From Octopus vulgaris (taxonomy: Eukaryota), in NCBI GenBank assembly GCA_951406725.2, contig OX597819.1, forward strand, positions 29,202,001 to 29,266,000: DNA of 64,000 nucleotides. Direction: 5' to 3'. The notes beneath the pieces were generated by a model that worked only from the letters and a program-made list of their open reading frames with translations, was not told the DNA's origin and made no database searches. Both the position numbers and the translations under genes were made by a program. Each line of letters begins with the position of its first letter. Within the stretch, counting starts at the first letter, position 1. Below are positions 25,281 through 39,434 of the stretch, piece after piece.

Positions 25281-27677
25281 GCTGGATAGGAAATTGATCC
25301 AGTCACCAAGCCTCCATACAGATGATTGACCAGCTAAAAACAGAAACCAAGTTTCCATTAAATCACATCCTAATGTCGTAAAACAATGAAGAATATATAA
25401 GGTACTATAGTTGTAACGCTGCTCAACTAGTACTGACTTGGAACACTAAACAACTGTTCTTACGGATGTAACATACCAAGGCAATTTGCTACCAATTCAA
25501 GTATCTAATTGAACTGAAGCAATCATCATGATCATTGTTTTATACCTGCTTTTCCATGTTTGCATGGGTAGATCAAGTCTTCTCCAGTGCAGCTCATCAT
25601 CACTTGTTGGGATGTCATATCTCCTTCATGAAATTCAGAAGTTTGACATCATTCTTCATCACTTTTTCTTCCACTGTCCAGTCTCCATGTTCTTTCCACA
25701 TGGATTGTTTGCCCCCCCCACCACTTTTTTTTTTAACCAACTGTTATTTTCCATACTTATCACATGTCTATTCCTCTTATATTCAGCTGTTTCCTTCAAC
25801 AGATTTCTGATTTGTCTTTCATGCAGTCACAGACAGACTGCCTGGCTTCGGCTCCTTTATAACTATGTGGTTCTGAATTCAGTCCCACCATAAGAGATCT
25901 CTGTTATCTTTGGGTTGACCATTATTTTGTGAGTGAGATTTTGTATGTGAAAACTGTTTAGATGTCCATAATATATGCCTTGCCTCAGGCTTTTAGCTCC
26001 TGCTGGAGACTCAGGAGCAGAACCATAGGAAATGGTGTACCTTAGACATTATTAAGCCTGGCAGAGCCCATCTCACTTGAGGTCTGTCCACAGCTAATTT
26101 GAGAGAGAGAGAGGAAGGAGGAGAGAAAGAGACGACTCACTCACATTATAGGAATTGTACACTACTGACTTCAAAAGGATGAAAGATAAGGTTGAAGTCA
26201 GTGGTATTTGAACTCAGAATATAGATAGCTGTAATGAATACTGATGCTCTGTGTGTGTGTGTGTGTATGTACGCATGTATGTATGCATATGTGGGCATGC
26301 TCGCATGTGTGTGTATTTGTGGGGCTGTGTGTTTGTGAATTTGTGTGTGAACTGATGCGGTGTTAAATGTCATGTTCATTTATGTTCTGTAACACTGCAG
26401 TTCAACAAAAAGACATTGATAAAATAACAAACTAAAATAAGAACTGAATGCTAGTGGTTGTGGTGGTGGTGGTGGTGAGTGACAGAGTTGACTACAATCC
26501 ATGAAAACACTTCTTCCAGCATGATTGCAGACCACTGACTGAAACTAGTAAAAGAATAAAGGAATTAGTAGCAGTCATAGAGCAACTCTGAATCTATTCT
26601 AGGAAGATTATGTGTAGTTCTTTATAGGAAAGGATAGAACAAAATATACTGTAGTTTATCTGAGAATTTCAAACTTCTTTCTAGCACTCCCCTCATAGAT
26701 CTCGTTTAGGAAAGTCTATGTAAGCTAAAGGCATTGCTTTTATTCTTCAGAGCATGAAATATAAAAGAACTAATGATACTAGATACATATCAGTTTCTTG
26801 AATATAAAACAAAAATGGTGATAATGATAATGGAAAAGAAGAGCAAGGACGAAGATATAAATCAATAGAAATTGAACTGTAGATAGAACGTAAGACGTAA
26901 AACCTCAATGGAAGATATTACTACTGACATGGAAGAGTTACATTTACAAGAATACAAGTGATTTGTGCTTTGCAGTAGGATTTATTTGCAAGACCAGCAT
27001 ATTCAGTTAACAATTCAAAGTTAATTGGTAAGGACATTGAAACAACTATTAAAGAAATTCTTTAAACAATATGTTCTTGATTCTAAATTGTAAAGCCTAT
27101 TAACATTCTATTGTATAAATTCTTTCAGGTCACTGTATTACATAATTTAATAAACAGATAAGTTAATAGAATTTCATTTAAAAGAATTATTTGTAAATAG
27201 TTTATATAGAAAGGTATGTATACATTTAGATGTGTACATATGTCCGACATATGTACAAATACATACATAAACCAGCATGGATTGCCTATATGCATACAGT
27301 TCAATCAGCAGTAAGGCACTTCAATTGAAAGGTGTGCTTGCCTACTGCTGGGCTGAAAATTAATTTTGGATGAATGCACAATAGTGGATTCTTGACCAAA
27401 TCATATGCTATGTTTAAAATGAAAGGAATAAAAATTGAAACAAAATTAAGGCTTTGAGTAGTTGTCTGAGGGCTTGGGGTAGAAATGCTACCAAATGCAA
27501 TGTGAAAGTTGTTATGTTCAAAACTGAGTTGACTACCACTGTGTGTATGTGTGTGTGAGTGTGTAAATACTATAAAGTCTGCTTTGAGCCTACAGGCCCA
27601 TGAGGCTGCAGTTTATCTGGATGATCAAGGTCTTTAGGTTGCAAGTACAAGACATATATATATATATTATCATAAGT

Positions 27678-27717
<40 letters not shown>

Positions 27718-27932
27718 CATATATATTTATATATATATATATGCTGTTGTGTCTGGGGAGAGTCATTTTCTTTTTGTCTTATAATTTAACACACACACCA
27801 GTAAAATTATTTCTTATTTCTTGTTTTTATTTTCCTAAAATTTTCATTGCATCTTGCAACCTTTTCAATAGTCTTGACTGTCTGTTATTTACACTGCGTT
27901 TCCTTTTTTTGTTTGTGCACATGCGTGTGGGT

Positions 27933-27975
<43 letters not shown>

Positions 27976-28065
27976 CCTATGCATGCATGTACGTATGTAT
28001 GCATGTGTGCATGTATGTATACATGTGTGTGCATATATATACATATATATGTATGTATATATATA

Positions 28066-28109
<44 letters not shown>

Positions 28110-28965
28110 GAGAGAGAGAGAGAGAGAGAGTAACTAATGGATCAGTATTTTACCAAACCCATAAGAATAAAAAGGCAGAGTTGAAATCAGCAGGATTGGA
28201 ACTCAAAGTACAAAGAGTAGAAATAATTACCAGAAGGTAGGAGTCAGGAAAAAACAAGTATTACAACACATCGTATCTGACAAACTAATGATTCAGAGAA
28301 TTTGCTGCATCTAACTTGCCAAAGCTGAAATAAAATAATCACTAAACAGGGCTGTTGTATAGCATCCCAAATGGAAATAGAAAATTATTGTATTTAAAAT
28401 CAACCAAAGCACTGAGGTTAATTGCTTAGATGCCATCTGCATGAAAAATCAACAGTTAAATGAGAGCAAATATATTTAATACAGAATATTAAAAATCTAA
28501 TTAGAAATATTAACAGTAAGAAGATGATGACAAGAATATGAGTTCAGTGACTAATAATATTATAACAATTTCAGAAAGTATGGGAGACAATAATAGCATA
28601 ATGTTTGCTGAATGCATTTAATCCATTTTAGGGCTTTTCTGGCACACCGTATAGATACCACAATCTTTCTCTTTATATATTGCACTTTGTGTCATATCTA
28701 TTTCCACTGTGTATATGAGTAATCCATTCTATCTACCAATATGGAAAATATCTTTTTCTTGTTTTCTTTTTTAATCAAAGCACAAAATCAATCTTTTATT
28801 GAATCAACCTGGTTATCTCTGGAGAAATAAAATTTAAAACCAACTCCAGCAGGTTTTGAATTTAATACTTAGAGATATAATGTTAAATACTGCGAACCAT
28901 TTAGTCTAATGTTGAATCATTTCTGTCACATAACTATTCCCCCCTCTCACTACAGTATGCAAAAA

Positions 28966-29556
28966 TAATTAATTCTTTTATTGGCCACAGGGGCTGACAA
29001 AAATTAATTATAGCATAAAGGGACAAAACACAGGACGAAAGTTACAAAGGGTTTTGTCCGTTTCAAAAATCCGTGTAAAAAACAGTGTAACAACGAAAAT
29101 ATTTAACAATGAAAAACTCCCAATAAGGGGAGGCGCTTCGAAAGGTTCCTGGTGGAAAAACCCATAAAAGCCACAGGAGCCTGGTCAAAAGCGGGGTAGA
29201 GAGCCCCTTTTCTCCTTTTATATTTCCTTTTAATTCTCACAGGTGTATCCTCAGAATTGGTCCGTTCACACTGGCCATTCTTGCGACATTTATCCACCTT
29301 TCAGTAAACTTGCTATCGGACAACACTTCCCTCTCTACTCTCACCTTCCTTTTCAAGTGAAACTTGAAAAAGTTGATGAGGCCTGGGCCAAAGAGGAAAG
29401 TGTCTGACCTTAGCCCTTTCAAACGGGTCCACCATACCACCTCTTTCACTACAGCCACTGGGCAAATGAAAACTGCCTTGCCCTCCCGGTTAAAGGAGGT
29501 TGGCAGGGCAATTTTCACTATGGATTCAGCTGATAGTCGGATCTATCCTATACGCG
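28966..29556 (-). mobile_element. 5'-truncated LINE (L1/Tx1-like C-terminus plus 3' UTR) with TSD
   Basis: ORF end VAVVKEVVWWTRLKG...FFKFHLKRKVRVEREVLSDSKFTERW. TSD ACTACAGTATGCAAAAA at 28949-28965 and 29557-29573. Confidence 0.75.
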
Positions 29557-29769
29557 ACTACAGTATGCAAAAAAAAAAAAATTATTATTATTATTATCGT
29601 TATCATAATAATGATGATAATAATAATAAGAAGAATCAGGTAACTATTACAAAGGTGAAACGAATGGATAGCATGGTACCATTGGCTGCAGGTAGTAAGC
29701 CTGCTATGCATGCAAGACTCCAGGAGCTCCAACAAAACCTGTGATAACAAAAAAAAAATTAATAATAAT

Positions 29770-30185
29770 CCTTTCTTCTATAGGTATAAGGCCTGAAATT
29801 TTGGGGGAGTGGCTAGTTGATTATATTGACCCAAGTGCATAACTGGTACTTAAATTTTATTGACCCAGAAAGGATGAAAGGCAAAGTTAATCTTGGCGGA
29901 ATTTGAACTCAGATCATAAAGACGGATCAAAAACTGCTAATCATTTTGCCAGCTCACTGCCTTATTATAATCATTTCTATTCTAGGTACAAGGCCTGAAA
30001 TTTTTGGAGATGGGGCTAAGTTGATTAGATCAACTCCAATACACAACTGGTACTTAATTTATCAACCCCGAAAGGATGAAAGACAAAGTTGACCTTGGCG
30101 GAATTTGAACTCAGAATGTAAAGACAGACAAAATAGCACTATGTATTTCACCCAGCATGCTAACGTTTCTGCCAGCATGCCGTCT
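29770..30185 (-). mobile_element. Two tandem family A-type SINEs
   Basis: Two copies of GAAAGGATGAAAG.CAAAGTT.A.CTTGGCGGAATTTGAACTCAG. Confidence 0.85.
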
Positions 30186-30223
30186 TACTGTCTTATAATA
30201 ATAACAACAGCAGTAATAATAAT

Positions 30224-30874
30224 CTTCCATACGGCTAACATGTTCAAGCCATCTCATACGTCTGTGTGTAAAGAGTGCAAACATGCTTGGTATTCCTGCT
30301 TGCTTGAGGACATCTTTGTTGGGGACATGATTCTGCCATTTGATGTGAAGGATTTTCCAGAGGCAGCGCAGGTGAAAGTTGTTTAGGCGACGCTCTTGGA
30401 GTGTGTACGGCGTCCAAGTCTCACTTCCATACAGTAGAGTGCTAAGTAGACATGCCTGGTAGATCTTCATTTTTGTGGTCTTGGTCTTGCTTGCTAGGGG
30501 CACTAGGTCTGTGGGAAGACCGTTCTTACGTTACAAGGATGTTTGCAAAAGGGTCATGAAGGCCTGCAACATCAATATTAGCAACTGGGAAGCAGTTGCC
30601 AGCAACCATGGAGATTGGCGATGTACCGTAAAAGAGGGAACACAAAGGAGTGAGAGGAGAGAGAGAGAGAGAGAGATGAGAAATGGAAAGACGTCAACAA
30701 GAAACTATGACATTACAACCAGCCAGGCACCTGCCAGAGGGAGTGTTTGTCCCAGGGTAGGACTACACAGCCACAGCATGAAATGTATTAGGACATGAAA
30801 TGTAAAAGCCGGACTAGATTATTTTATGCGCAACTCCATTGTCTTCCGAGACAAAAAGGATGCCAACAACAACA
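30224..30874. mobile_element. RTE/BovB-type LINE 3' end with inverted 5' segment
   Basis: Minus 30224-~30490 encodes KIYQACLLSTLLYGSETWT...MRWLEHVSRMED. Plus ~30490-30874 encodes GRPFLRYKDVCKRVMK...VGLHSHS with tail CGAGACAAAAAGGATGC(CAA)n. Confidence 0.9.
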
Positions 30875-30889
30875 AGTAATAATGATAGT

Positions 30890-31190
30890 ACATTATGATG
30901 ATTTGATGTGGGAAATGCAAAGGTTGTGGTCAATGAAGAGAGTAGACATGATACCAATAGTAATTGGTGCACCTGGAAGTATCAGCACTCAACTACCAAC
31001 ATAGCAGAAAAAGACTGGTGCAAGTGTAAAAGTAGAACACCTACAAAAATCAGCATTGCGTGGAACTGCAAGAATTCTTCACAGGGTTCTTGAAGCATGA
31101 CCAGTAATCAAGTATCACCTTAGTTTGGTGGCTGTGGACAGCCGACACCTTCCATCATACCCAACAAAATAAGCTCTGAGTTTTCATATA
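30890..31190 (+). mobile_element. R4/Dong-like RLE LINE 3' fragment
   Basis: EMQRLWSMKRVDMIPIVIGAPG...HLQKSALRGTARILHRVL; sits in TAA-rich context. Confidence 0.75.
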
Positions 31191-31199
31191 ATAACAATG

Positions 31200-31662
31200 C
31201 ATTATTTACCACTAAGGGCTTACAAAAATATGTTGGCAGTGGTAGAGGACAATACAATGTAGGGTTACATAAAGAAGCATGTAAAAAGTAGAAAAACAGA
31301 GATAAATAAATTCTAATGACGAATAATTCCTCAAAAGAGGGAGCCTTCCTAGGCCTGCTTGTGAAAACACTGGAAAACCACAGCTGTCTAGACCACCAGG
31401 TCAAGTGCCTTCTTTACATTGATCTCCATTAATCTAGACATATGTTTAGTGTAGGCCTATTCACTTAGACCAATTTTGCAGTATTCACCCACCTTTTAAC
31501 AAAATTGTTGAGATGTTGCATTTCCTTTTCTAACCTTACTTTCCTTTACAAGTAAAACTTGAAAAAATTGATGAGGACTTGGCTAAGGAGGAAAGTATCT
31601 GTCTTCAGCCCTTTCAATCTGATCAACCACATAATCTTTTTTTCTAAGGCTACCAGACAAAA
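31200..31662 (-). mobile_element. Older copy of the 28966 LINE family
   Basis: 31490-31660 aligns by eye with 29290-29465. Confidence 0.7.
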
Positions 31663-32584
31663 AATGATAATAATGATAATAACATGTATTACTTTCATAT
31701 ATGTGGTATCATATATTCAACAATGTACAACATTTAGTTCCATTGTTTACCATGCATTAATTTTCAATTTTCAATGTGTTATTCAGCAAATCAGAGACTG
31801 GGAGTTTGTGAGCCATTTTTTGGTTATTCAAGAGAACACACAACTATATTACCTGCACTAAGCTGCCATCAACAGCCATGGTTCAGCTGTCATGTAGCTA
31901 GTAGTTAGCCTTCAGTATCAGTGTCAATAGGATACTATTTTATCAGTTTAAAATAGATTTTAACTGATTTTTCTCTTTCTGATGGTTGTTTTTCTGATTG
32001 TACACTTTAAACTCTACAAATTATTTGCCTGATATGAGCATTCACTACATACCTTATCCAGTGGTCTTTGTAGAACATGAACAAAAAACAAATGTTTTAC
32101 ACACATATGCACACACATGCATATATATATTCTATAACATATTAAACATATGAATATCATATAGTACAACTAAGTTTATTATTTTTCACTGGTATATCTT
32201 TAATGTTATATTCTATGCTGTATGCTAATCCTGTACTCAAAACATGCACTGTATAAGTATTATGGCATTATTCTACCAACAAGATTGGAAGAAACCTATT
32301 TTCTGTTGATATATAGAGAATAGAAGGAAAACTAATGCATTATTGCTACATCCTTACAAACATGCTTTTAATATTAGATAATTGGTGGTTCCAATGTTCA
32401 AACAAGTGTACAACTGATGGCACTAAGGTTTTCAAGTAAACAAACATTGTCTTAGTTAAAGACATATGTTTCCCATTGGATAGCACAGCATGTGTTTGCA
32501 TATTTTGATTATCAAATAAGCTTTGCTTCTGATAACAAATGTAAAATTTTCAAGCTCTTCTTTTTTTCATTGGCTGTAAGGCAC

Positions 32585-33010
32585 TGGCATGGCTATAAAA
32601 AGTTTGCTTTCCAAATGCATGGTCTTGGGTTCAGTTCCACTGCATAACACCTTGGGCAAGTGTCTTTTATTATAGCTTTGGGCTGACCAAAGGCTTGTGA
32701 GAGCTTTAGGTAGACGGAACTGAAAAAGGCCCATTGCATGTGTAAGTGTGTGTGTGTGCGCCTTTGTGTCCTCCTTGGCATGACATCACATGATAGTTGT
32801 GAGTGTCGCCAGCATTGAAGCATTTCCAATCTTCTGTATAAACATGTCCAAGCATGGGGAAATATTATTTGGCTGGGAAACAGGTGAAGGTTGGCAGCCG
32901 GATGAGCATCCAAAAGTATGAAATCTGCCTCAACAAATTCCATCTGACACATACAAGCATGGACAAGTGAACACAAAAATGATGATTAATAGATTATGAT
33001 GATGATGATT
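32585..33010 (+). mobile_element. SINE with family B head and RTE-type tail
   Basis: GGGTTCAGTTCCACTG, ACCTTGGGCAAGTGTC, tail CAAGCATGG...AATGATGA. Related copy at 51850-52290. Confidence 0.7.
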
Positions 33011-33450
33011 TCATTCCAGTCTTATTAAACATACTGTTTACCACAGGTGGAAGCTGTTTTCTAACACAATAATGTAATATCAGAGGCTACATGTATGTCT
33101 CCATTACCACTTCAATGCAACTTGTAGCCAACTACAACATAGCAATTACCAGTCATTAAGAATATCGACTAAGTCAATGGTAACACAGGAATGTCACCTT
33201 CCCTTATATATGTCTAAAGGAGAGAAAAAGCTACAGATGTGGAATCACCATTTCTCTAAAGAATGTTAGAAATGAATAATGGTTGTAATTCCTGCTTTAC
33301 ATGAAAACACTATCTTGCACAGTTTTAATATTTTGTTAAGTCTTCCTAGCAATGGAACACATGTTTTTACTTTAAATTGTAATTAATAAGTTCAATTTTT
33401 TTAAGCATGTTTTTTCCTAGTATTCCACCAAATAACACATATATTTCCTA

Positions 33451-33747
33451 CTAGCAGTATCGCCCGGCGTTGCTCGGGTTTGTAAGGGAAATAACTATAT
33501 AAGCATTTTTAGAGTTACTTCCCTTATATAATAGCAAAAAAATGCATTAAAAATGGGAAAAAATGATGGTAAATTTTTTTTTAAATCGTAGACTCATCGT
33601 AGACGTGCGCTAATACCCAGAAGGGCTCGATATGAATCACGACTATAAGATACCCGCTTTTGGTTAAACTGCACCGCAAAATGTGAGAGTAGTTAGGAAT
33701 CTAAATCGTAGGAGACAGACACACAAGCTCTCTTTTATATATAAAGA
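33451..33747 (-). mobile_element. Non-autonomous Helitron
   Basis: Minus strand A|TCTTTATATATAAAA ... CCCGAGCAACGCCGGG CGATACTG CTAG|T. Canonical TC/CTAG ends, subterminal hairpin, AT target, no TSD. Confidence 0.88.
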
Positions 33748-35843
33748 TTTTCTATCTTTCAGGTGGATTATTATGACTTCAATTTTGATTTGATTTACAC
33801 AAACACACATTGATATGATTGCATAAACAATACACGAAATGATTTAAGTTATGCAGCTGAACAGCAGAAGTTTTTCCAACTGTATTTGTCACTACACAGT
33901 ATTCATTGAGAGCACATATTATCACAAAAATAAAATGTGTATTTTTTTTTGCAAACTACTATCATTATATGAATGCTCATCAATTTTCTACAGACGTGTA
34001 TGGAAGCACATTTTTCAAACCTACTTTTTTTGTGCACATGCATAGATGCAGACCTCACTCGCAGCTGAAATACACACAATGCATACTAACTTGCATATAC
34101 TGATGCACATATCACATAGCCCACTCATTTGCACCTTATGCATGCATATACGATTGGCTAAAATTATCTGGATCTCTTAGCCAGCTCATTATCTTTAACG
34201 TTTATTTCTGTTGGTAACTTTACATCTTCATTCAGTTTTCAGTACCTGTAGTTATTTTTACTGATCTTTATTGATTGATGTGCTCCCATTAATCTAGGAG
34301 GGAGAATGATGTAGGGTAATGCAGATTATAGTTTAATTCCACTTTTTTGCCATGTGCTATTTTAGGTCACCAAGTGGGTGGCTAAAATCCGCCTCAGACA
34401 TGTATTCCCAAACAACATGCTGCATAATTATTTCTGCATTATGCTAACAAGAAGATCTGAACAGGTCTATTTTCTGTTGGCATGCAAGAAATGAGAGAAA
34501 AAATTTTATAAATTCATCATTATGGCCGTTCCCCACCCCCCTTACAAATGTCCTGATAATATTTTCACAGTATTGGTACTTCAGCAAATAAGGAATAATC
34601 TACTTTGAAATCAAGGTGATAATGGAGATCTTCCCACCAAAGACGGTAGCTTGTTCTTAGCTTCATATCCAACAACGAGTTAATGTCAATATTCTGAACT
34701 GATAGGGTGGTAATGAGTGTATACCTAAATTGCAATTTGTCAGCATAGTCTTTAATTTTTTTGTAAATACATTTCTGTTGAAATACACTGCCTTTGTCTC
34801 AATTAATTTGTGGACTAATGAAGAACTTAGCAAAATAACATTGCTATTATTAAGCTGCTGTTTGGACATAAATACCATGAAATTTTGATAGGTTTTAAGT
34901 TAGATCATCTTTAAACTGGAAGGAGTGGTTTCAGACAGTTTGAAATGAAAACGGTTAATATTAATAAACTTACAAGAACTAGTATTTCCATTGCTAATTA
35001 GTTACAGCATTATCCTGATTTGCCATTCAGTATTAACAGTTAATAACTTATTTTCTTTACAGTTTCTGTAAAGCCATAAGATGGCTTCCAAAAGAAGTTT
35101 AAACTAAGTTATTGTAACATCAGATTTTGAGCAATTATTTCTAGTTTGTATCGTCAGTGTTAGATTAGTAAAATTTTAAAAATTGCTCAATAAAAATTTA
35201 TATGAACACTATTTTGAAAGGTATAATAAGAGGAAATCTTACATTAGAAAAGTTTGAGTGTATGTGTGTGTGTGAGACAGATAGAGAAAGTGTGTGTGTG
35301 TGTGTGCATGAGTGTGAATGTGTGTGTGAATGTGAATGTGTGTGTGACAAAAACACACATATGCACACATGCAAGTTAAGAAGAGGAGGAAAATGAGAGG
35401 AGGTGACTGAGAAAGAGAGAAGAGTGAAGAAAAGACGGAGTGTTAAGAGTAAAATGAAAGAAATGTCTAGAGTGAAAGAGAGAGTAAGAGGAATGATAGA
35501 TGGAAAAAAGAGAAAAAGCAGAAATAAAAAAAGAAAATGAAAAATTTACGATGCAATATAGAATGGATAAAAATAAGACATGATAAGAACAATAAATAAT
35601 TTGAAAATAACAATAAACAGTGCAAGAGAAAACAAAAGGAAGCAATAATATTAACAGAGAAGAATGGACAGAAATAGAGAGAAGATAAGTAAAAGAAAAT
35701 ATTATCATAACAGAGAGAAAAAAATAATAATAAGAGAAATAGAGGTGAGAAAAATGTAATATGCAAATATGTGTTGAATAATAAATACAAGTTTCCAAAG
35801 AATTCTCAAGAATTCTGATAAGAACTTTATCAAAGACAAAGAA

Positions 35844-35889
<46 letters not shown>

Positions 35890-36296
35890 GTAATAATAAT
35901 AAGACAAAGAAATAAAACATGAACCCCCCACCTCCTCATCTGAAGATACCATTAATATCATATAGAGTTCAAAATTAGTTTGTTTTGCGAGAATAATAAA
36001 GTTGTGTCTGATATCATAAGTAATTTATGTACAAACAAAATATATCTGACTGAATTTCAGTTTTTTACAACCCTACTTTTATAAATATAAATCTGACAAT
36101 ACTGATACCCATCCCAGTGTTGCTACACACCTAATAAAATGCATAAGGAACACACTACAAAATCTTCTAGGTGAGTAACAGAGTTAGGGTGGTTGGAGTA
36201 GGCATATCATTGGCAGAAAAATGAATAAAATAATTGAAGTAGTCACAATATGTTACTGAATAATTAAACTTGGACTAGTCGTAGGCAATATGACAG

Positions 36297-36428
<132 letters not shown>

Positions 36429-36538
36429 ATACATGTGCAGCACAATTAGGACTGACAGGCTTAAAAAGGACTTTCTTGGAGGCCATTTTTAAAATTACTT
36501 TGGCAATAGATAAATAACCTTGCTATCACAGCTCATAC

Positions 36539-36645
36539 TTTAATGGATATATTGGGCAGCATCAGAGGTTCTTGAAGTTCCATGATGCAAATGATCAGGC
36601 CATTTGTAACTCTAAATTCAGGAAACAGTTCACCTATATGAGAAC
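36539..36645 (-). CDS. Candidate internal exon of an unidentified gene
   Basis: tgtag|GT TCT...ATT AAA|gtatga; open frame SHIGELFPEFRVTNGLIICIMELQEPLMLPNISIK; phase-compatible with the 44408 candidate. The opposite strand is also open. Confidence 0.22.
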
Positions 36646-37404
36646 CTACAATTAACGCGAAAATTCAAGTGAAATACACTTTATACTCAACAGGAAATGG
36701 TATAGGCAGTTAATTAAATATCATGCATGATAAAGAACGTATCACTCAATATAGACTACCCGTCCATCTTTCTGCTCCTATATCCTTATTCTCTCTCATA
36801 TTCATTTTGTTCTTTGATCTCATATCTCTTTCTTTTTTCCCCTCTCTCTGTTTACATTTAGGGGGAAACCATGTATCTACCTCTTCAGCAAGACACTGGC
36901 TCCTGTCCCTCTATCATACTTTCATATCCCTCAAAAGTATACCTCACTCAGTTGAATGGGGTCTTGTCTTGTGAGGTACTTGGTGACCTCACCAGTGCAG
37001 GTGCTATGGAAAAAGCATATAGTATAATCTATGAAGTGATAGGGATTGGGAAGGGCATCAACTGTAGAAACCATGCCAAAGCAGACAATGGTGATTGGCG
37101 CAGCCCCCTGCCTCATCAGGTCATGTCAAACCTTCCAACCCATGGAAAAGGGAAGGTCAAATGATGATCATTATGATCATGAGTTACCTCATGGTAAAAG
37201 CTAGACAGATGCACAAGACAATTTGAAAATGGAAGGTATGGAAACTGAAATATCAATCTGCTAGATGTAGGTTGAAAGAAATACAAGTTGATGCATGGGA
37301 CAAAGACCAAGTCTGGAGCAAGGTACGAACCAGATGAAAGGCAACATGGTGCTGGAATGGAACAATAGATAGAAACATAAATGCTAAAAGCTAGGTTTGG
37401 AAAT

Positions 37405-37918
37405 CATCATCATCATCATCATTATCGTTTAACGTCGGCTTTCCATACTAGCATGGGTTGGATGATTTGACTGAGGACTGGCGAACCAGATGGCTGCACC
37501 AGGCTCCAATCTGCTCTGGCAGAGTTTCTACAGCTGGATACCCTTCCTAACGCCAACCACTCTGAGAGTGTAGCGGGTGCTTTTACGTGCCACCAGCATG
37601 AGGGCCAGTCAAGTGGTACTGGCAATGGCCACGCTCAAATGGTATTTTTTACATGCCACCTGCACAGGAGTCAGTCCAGCGGCACTGGCAACGACCTCAC
37701 TCAAATGTTTTTCTTTCACGTGCCACCGGCACAAGTGCCAGTAAAGTGATGGTGGTAATGATCACGCTCGAACGGTACTTTTTAGTGCCACCGGCACGGA
37801 AGCCAGTTAGCTACTCTGGCAACGATCACGCTCAGATGGTGCTCTTAGTGCTCCACTAGCACGGATGCCAGTCATCGAATTTGATTTCGATTTCACTTGC
37901 CTCAACAGGACTTCGCAA
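37405..37918 (-). mobile_element. Family C SINE-like element
   Basis: Collinear with 23220-23716. Confidence 0.85.
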
Positions 37919-37949
37919 TTGGGAGAAAGTAGAAGCAAGGAACAATATC

Positions 37950-38278
37950 ATGTAGGTGACAAAATGTTAGATAGAGTCAAAAGAAAGAGTGTTAGTATGC
38001 ATGAAATAATATAAACAAATGTGCTGAGAAAAAAACTGGGTGTAAGAGAAAGACTACACTGATACAGATGCATGATGATAGTTTGATAAAAAAATGCCAA
38101 TTCAAGTGGAAGTATCATGTAAAGAAAAACATAGGAAGAGGTGGTGAAGGCCGACCTCGAGAGTCTGAACCTCATAAAGAAGATGACAAACACTGCATCA
38201 AATGGTGAGACACAGTGAAGGAGAAGACTCAGCCAACAAATCCAAGCATGGTAAAAGTCTATGTAAAATGATGATCAT
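37950..38278 (+). mobile_element. Decayed RTE-type LINE 3' end
   Basis: LRKKLGVR..., EEVVKADLESLNLIKKMT, and tail CAAGCATGGTAAAAGTCTATGTAAAATGATGAT. Confidence 0.6.
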
Positions 38279-39289
38279 ATGAAGGAGAGAATTATATTGA
38301 CACAAAATTTTCATTGCTATAAATTAAATGTAAATATATTAATATGCAAAACAAATGTAAACTATAAGTATAGGAATGATGCTTTTACTAATTTGATCAA
38401 CACTGACATAATAAGAATGAATGAATGAAATTGATGTCTATGAAGCACTAACAATGCTGGGAAAACAATATTCTCAGGAATAAGTCACCTACCACTGTCA
38501 CATGATTACCAGCACAAACAAAAACAAAAGAACCTGTACACAGTCATATGACCTGCTGGAAATAGCAGCTCAATTTCCTTCAAATCATAAACAAAGAAGG
38601 ACACGTTAGATAAATATACTACTAAATATCCCCAGAAGGATGGGATGGTCATAGAATACCTTTGATCATAGATTTGATCAATAAAGGTTGATCTGAGACT
38701 AAACAACCACAACACATGCAAAATTTCACTCATTATTGCATTGCTTATAAGATCACCATCAGAAAAACAAGGGAAACTTTCTGATATTGTTCAACCTGTA
38801 ACTTCCGCTTCCCCAATTAGAGAACTCATTCAATCTCTTCTCTAGAAAATCTTTACTGATCTCTAAAGGAACCTTCTACCACTAGTCCTCAACCAAAATG
38901 GCTCTGTTAGCAGAGCAATTGCTAAAAAAAACTCTTCACATTTGCTTTCAACCTCGTACTGCACATACTCAGCATAAACCCATTCCAAACTCACCTTCAC
39001 TATGTTCCCAATCTCTTCACCTCATACAGACAGCTGACATACAAAATTTCTTTAGATCACACTAAATGTGACCAGTCCTGGCAGTGTCTTCTTCCATCAC
39101 TACCAAACTGCACATATGAGACCTAACTCCTATTTACACCAATTCTGCAATCTCTCACTCTCTTTGCAGATCTCTGCCTCAATATTTAGAAACACACTAC
39201 AGTGTGTTACAGTGTCCAAGAGAATAACTTCCCTGAATTTGACAGCCAATAACTTAATTTAATTTTTTTTTTTCCAGTCCCTTAAATAT

Positions 39290-39434
39290 TCTTTTCTACT
39301 CTAGGCACATAACCCGAAATTTTGCGGGAGGGGGCCAGTCGATTAGATCGACCCCAGTACACAACTGGTACTTAATTTATCGACCCCCAAAAGGATGAAA
39401 GGCAAAGTCAACCGTTGCGGAATTTGAACTCAGC
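39290..39434 (-). mobile_element. Family A-type SINE fragment
   Basis: Same core sequence. CCCTTAAATATT is duplicated on both sides (possible TSD). Confidence 0.8.

Noticed and set aside
34366-34464. Plus-strand exon-like segment VTKWVAKIRLRHVF...
   Set aside because: Weak donor and no convincing partner exons; it illustrates the chance rate of such calls.
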